IMG/VR virus record: IMGVR_UViG_2585427757_000006
Reading direction: 5' to 3' (one strand)
From: a virus
Taxonomy: Duplodnaviria > Heunggongvirae > Uroviricota > Caudoviricetes
Length of the DNA: 64,000 nt
The position numbers and the translations under genes were made by a program. The notes under the pieces were generated by a model. That model was given only the letters and a program-made list of their open reading frames with translations, did not search any database and was not told the DNA's origin. The number at the start of each line of letters is the position of its first letter. Position 1 is the stretch's first letter. Positions 60,762 to 64,000 of this stretch are shown here, one piece after another.

Positions 60762-60910
60762 TTTTTCACCTTTGTTTCATGAACTACCCGATACACACGC
60801 TTTCCGATGCACAGTGTTTTGGTTTTAAGTTCCTGCTTAATTAAATCACGACAGATGCCGAAGCCGATAAGGAAGCCACCCATAAAAGCTAATGAGATGT
60901 ATGGAATCAT
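60758..60910 (-). CDS. Small membrane protein (50 aa), not in the ORF track
   Basis: Hand translation gives MIPYISLAFMGGFLIGFGICRDLIKQELKTKTLCIGKRVYRVVHETKVKK. ATGA overlaps at both ends. Confidence 0.5.
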   Translation of the reverse strand: MIPYISLAFMGGFLIGFGICRDLIKQELKTKTLCIGKRVYRVVHETKVKK

Positions 60911-61122
60911 TTTAACACTCCTGATTCTACTAATTGCTGTAGCAATACTTTCCCTTTATCAGTTAACTGGTAGTTGGCCGAACACCACGTTTCAGAAACG
61001 TTTGCAACCAACCCTAAACGCTCTAACTTAGCTCGCGTTTTAGGCTTCCAGTACTCAGGGAACTCCGGCCACTTACTGATTTCATGAAGCGTTTCCTTCT
61101 CCCGTTTACTTAATACGATCAT
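60907..61122 (-). CDS. Hypothetical protein (71 aa)
   Basis: ORF in an ATGA-coupled chain. Confidence 0.5.
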   Translation of the reverse strand: MIVLSKREKETLHEISKWPEFPEYWKPKTRAKLERLGLVANVSETWCSANYQLTDKGKVLLQQLVESGVLK

Positions 61123-61285
61123 CCTTAATCTCCTTCAGGGTGTTGGTTATTTCTACAATGCGATAAATACGACCGCGTCTTTCTATAACACCGCTTTTAA
61201 TGTAGTCATTGATGCAACTGGACATCACCACAATACCTATGAAAAAACCAACTGCTAAAAATGCAATCATCCAGCCGAGCATCAT
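61106..61285 (-). CDS. Small membrane protein (59 aa), paralog of 60758..60910, not in the ORF track
   Basis: Hand translation gives MMLGWMIAFLAVGFFIGIVVMSSCINDYIKSGVIERRGRIYRIVEITNTLKEIKDDRIK. The ATG overlaps the ligase stop as ATGA. Confidence 0.5.
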   Translation of the reverse strand: MMLGWMIAFLAVGFFIGIVVMSSCINDYIKSGVIERRGRIYRIVEITNTLKEIKDDRIK

Positions 61286-62604
61286 TCTTTATCTCCGATT
61301 CGATCTTCTGTATCGCGTAAGCAACGCGGCCATTTCAGTCGGGGGTGGCGTAAGCTGCCATCCGGTGTTTTCTCGTGACAATGAACCTCAACAATACGAC
61401 CACGGTACTTCTCTTTGTTGTTCCAGATCTCGTCCAGATATTTATGCTTAATACCGCTCGCACGAACGATGACGCCGTTTTCAAGACGAATAACAATTTT
61501 TCCAAGTGTGTTGGCAAAACCAGAGTCCGGGTCGCCCGGCTCAAAGTCGATAATTTCACCATCTTCTGAATCTTCGTCTTTTAACTTCCACCAGCTGCGG
61601 GTACGTTTAAACTCGTAAACAGAGTTCGGATCTTTGCCCATCTCCCCTTCTTCGTTATCGTCCAGGCGTTTCATGAAGCGTTCGATGAAGTCTTCGTGGC
61701 TATGGATGATATAGAACGGATGCAGGTGAATATCTTGTGTGTAGCCTTCACTGCGATCGTTTTTGAACAACGCCACCAGCATAGCCAGGCGCTCTTTCAG
61801 CTTCATACCTGTCTTTGCATACTCTTTGGATTTAGCCTGTGCTCGCCATTCCGGTAGGAAGAAGTCGAAAACATGATAAATAGCGCCAATTGCCTGCACG
61901 TTCTTTTTGCGCAATGCAGATACGGACTGGTTAAATGAACCGGCAGTTCCTTCACCATCGAAGAAGATGTGTTTGTGGCCTGAAAGTTTGCCTAATTCGA
62001 GCATGGCTGGCTTTAGGTGATCGAGAGACGTGATTGGATTACCAGTACGAGAAAGGAAGTTAACCTCTTCCTCGTCAACAATAACCTCGCAAATTACTCG
62101 CAAACCATCGAGCTTAAGACTGCCAATCATTGGCCATTTTGCTTTAGGATTTGGCTTGAAGGGGTATTTGTCGCCTTTTTCTTTATACGGTGACGCCAGC
62201 TGCACCTCGAATTTCGGAATGGGATTTTCAAAAACCTTGTTGCATAGGCTAATCCCAACGCCAGCTTTCGGGTCTTTTAAGAGGAAACGACGGAACACGT
62301 CCTGCCCATCGGCGCACATTGACGCCACGATAGACTCAACAGCTGCTATTGCTGCGTTCCCCGTTAGCTCGCGAGAGGCCAGCTTGTTCAGTACATCAAT
62401 GGCTTTTTCGTCACTTGGGATGGACTCACTAAGCGGCTCTGCCACTTTGTATTTCTTTACCCCAAAACGGATGAAAGGGTTGAGCATCAATGAAACCATG
62501 CTTTGCTCGAAGTCATCCATGTTGGCCAATGCCTCTTTTTTTGCATTGGTTCCCATAGCTTTCATTTCGTCCAGCTTATGCTTAAGTGCGATCAACTTTT
62601 TCAT
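61282..62604 (-). CDS. ATP-dependent DNA ligase (440 aa)
   Basis: Motif I SLKLDGLR (adenylated Lys), motif III FFDGE, motif IV EGEMGK, motif V WWKLK. Confidence 0.85.
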   Translation of the reverse strand: MKKLIALKHKLDEMKAMGTNAKKEALANMDDFEQSMVSLMLNPFIRFGVKKYKVAEPLSESIPSDEKAIDVLNKLASRELTGNAAIAAVESIVASMCADGQDVFRRFLLKDPKAGVGISLCNKVFENPIPKFEVQLASPYKEKGDKYPFKPNPKAKWPMIGSLKLDGLRVICEVIVDEEEVNFLSRTGNPITSLDHLKPAMLELGKLSGHKHIFFDGEGTAGSFNQSVSALRKKNVQAIGAIYHVFDFFLPEWRAQAKSKEYAKTGMKLKERLAMLVALFKNDRSEGYTQDIHLHPFYIIHSHEDFIERFMKRLDDNEEGEMGKDPNSVYEFKRTRSWWKLKDEDSEDGEIIDFEPGDPDSGFANTLGKIVIRLENGVIVRASGIKHKYLDEIWNNKEKYRGRIVEVHCHEKTPDGSLRHPRLKWPRCLRDTEDRIGDKE

Positions 62605-63083
62605 TGTTGTTTTACCTCCATATGTTGATCGATTTGCTCATGTGTTTCTTTTGTTGTTTCTTCAAGCAACGCCGCATACACGTCAGTGATCGCTGTTTGT
62701 GATGTGGTGCTCTTCTTAACCATGCTATTAATCGTTACACTGTCACGTTTTCGTTTTAAAGTTCTGGCTTGTTTATTCCGTTCTTCAACCTCCTTAATGA
62801 GCGCGGTCATATCTTCGAAATACAGAGATTCTCCTTTACGAATCTCTTCAACCATCATTTTTAACGCCTTGCATTTGCCTGCTTTGATAGCGGTTGCGCA
62901 CGACTGGAATGAAGTTCGAGGAAGACGGTTTTCTTTGAAGGCAAGAATGGTGTGCTGGCAAACGGAGTAGCTGCAATATGCCGACTCACCGTTTATCTTT
63001 ACTTCCTCACAACGAAGTGAATAACCATTATTTCCTGAAATAGAGGGGATTTTTGACAAATCAGCTTTCACAATTACCGCCAA
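62601..63083 (-). CDS. Hypothetical protein (160 aa, TTG start in track)
   Basis: ORF with a 4-nt overlap onto the ligase gene. Cys-rich N-terminal half. Confidence 0.5.
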   Translation of the reverse strand: MAVIVKADLSKIPSISGNNGYSLRCEEVKINGESAYCSYSVCQHTILAFKENRLPRTSFQSCATAIKAGKCKALKMMVEEIRKGESLYFEDMTALIKEVEERNKQARTLKRKRDSVTINSMVKKSTTSQTAITDVYAALLEETTKETHEQIDQHMEVKQQ

Positions 63084-63138
63084 AAATAATCTTGTGCTTA
63101 CCTATCATTATTTGCGTAAAAAACGACACACTGAGAGC

Positions 63139-63915
63139 TTACCAACTTCCCCAGCTAATCATCTTGCGCTGATCGCTTTCTAAGCGATAGGGGACAAGAA
63201 GCTCTGTGACATGATTGGTGGCGTATGATTTAGCCTCTTGCTCTATCATCGGTAATTCGTTAGCAATCCTGACCATCTTCCCAGCAAACTCCGCCATTAC
63301 GCCATCACATGCCTTCCCAGCATCAATAACGATATGCACCAGATCCAACTGGCTTTTGCACATGTCGCAAAGAGACGCATACTCACTCTCTCTGATTACA
63401 TTTACGGCATCATTGGCCCCTTTATTAAGCAAGACTTCCAACAGGTTTGTCGGGGTAACGAAATCTGCTTTCAGAGATAATGTCTTTTCACCACTTATCG
63501 AACGCAAGTACTCTTCGTAGTTATTCTTCATCAAACCGCTGCTGCGCATTGCTAGAACTGCTTCTTGAATGGCCGCTTCAATAGTTTCGTCGTTTGAAAG
63601 ACAAAAAACGGTATTTGTGTAGATCACTCTGCCATCAAGCCATGCTCCAACCTGCACTTTAAGACTGAGCGGGTTTTCTTTGCTAATAAAAACAACTAAT
63701 GCAGAACGCCGTGCACAAGAAGGTTCGCCCCATACGTGTAACTCAACTTTCAGATAAGGCAACCCTGGTAGCGGGATCTCGTCCATACGAGCAGCGATAT
63801 GATTCATTGCTGTATTGACGGCCTTTCCAATGATGTCTAGTCGACTGCCCTCGCTGATTTCTAAACCTGTTTTATCAATGATGTCACAGGCCAATTTCTG
63901 AATTTCGTCTTTCAT
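63139..63915 (-). CDS. Hypothetical protein (258 aa)
   Basis: Long ORF, SD ggag upstream, family B palindrome at 63958-63977. Confidence 0.6.
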   Translation of the reverse strand: MKDEIQKLACDIIDKTGLEISEGSRLDIIGKAVNTAMNHIAARMDEIPLPGLPYLKVELHVWGEPSCARRSALVVFISKENPLSLKVQVGAWLDGRVIYTNTVFCLSNDETIEAAIQEAVLAMRSSGLMKNNYEEYLRSISGEKTLSLKADFVTPTNLLEVLLNKGANDAVNVIRESEYASLCDMCKSQLDLVHIVIDAGKACDGVMAEFAGKMVRIANELPMIEQEAKSYATNHVTELLVPYRLESDQRKMISWGSW

Positions 63916-64000
63916 ACCAACTCCTAGCTAACAGATGAAAGTATTCTTACAAAAAACTAAGTATGTATCTACTTATCATTTTAGGCGCAATAGTTCCCTA

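Overview
Mosaic enterobacterial window, read by eye with no searches run; family names come from recalled motifs and are hypotheses until BLAST or HMM checks are done. Left to right: (1) 1-1887, an IS21-family IS (istA cut by the window edge, istB). (2) About 1 kb with no credible ORF, strongly G+T-skewed, with degenerate ~100-bp periodic units and a perfect 31-bp tandem repeat. (3) Three small minus-strand genes, one broken by an in-frame TAG. (4) The chromosomal housekeeping pair metG / apbC(mrp), followed 6 bp later by a 130-bp stump of IS1. (5) From ~7.5 kb to the right edge, ~56 kb of tightly packed, almost entirely minus-strand phage-plasmid-type backbone. This backbone carries nucleotide-metabolism genes (RNase H, DHFR, ThyA, NrdAB, glutaredoxin, dNMP-kinase-like). 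It also carries replication and recombination genes: a DnaE-type polymerase split by an HNH homing-endonuclease gene, DnaQ-like exonuclease, gp32-like SSB, RecA-like, FEN, RuvC-like, SbcCD-like, ATP-dependent ligase, two N6-adenine methyltransferases and a CobS/CobT-like AAA+/vWA pair. A P1-type plasmid replicon is present (DnaA boxes, GATC cluster, 5+12 iterons around repA). Accessory cargo comprises a type I R-M cassette with an extra PD-(D/E)xK gene next to an IS911-like stump, and a low-GC islet with an XRE regulator, a tyrosine recombinase with a lox-like 13-7-13 site, and a HEPN-motif gene. That islet abuts a 4-tRNA cluster (Ser, Thr, Tyr, Asn) flanked by long related hairpins. Two families of intergenic palindromes recur across the element, and a ~0.5 kb ORF-free, hairpin-dense segment (13.5-14.0 kb) looks like an undescribed structured RNA or cis-element. 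The gene content resembles what I recall of SSU5/pHCM2-type phage-plasmids; this is unverified.
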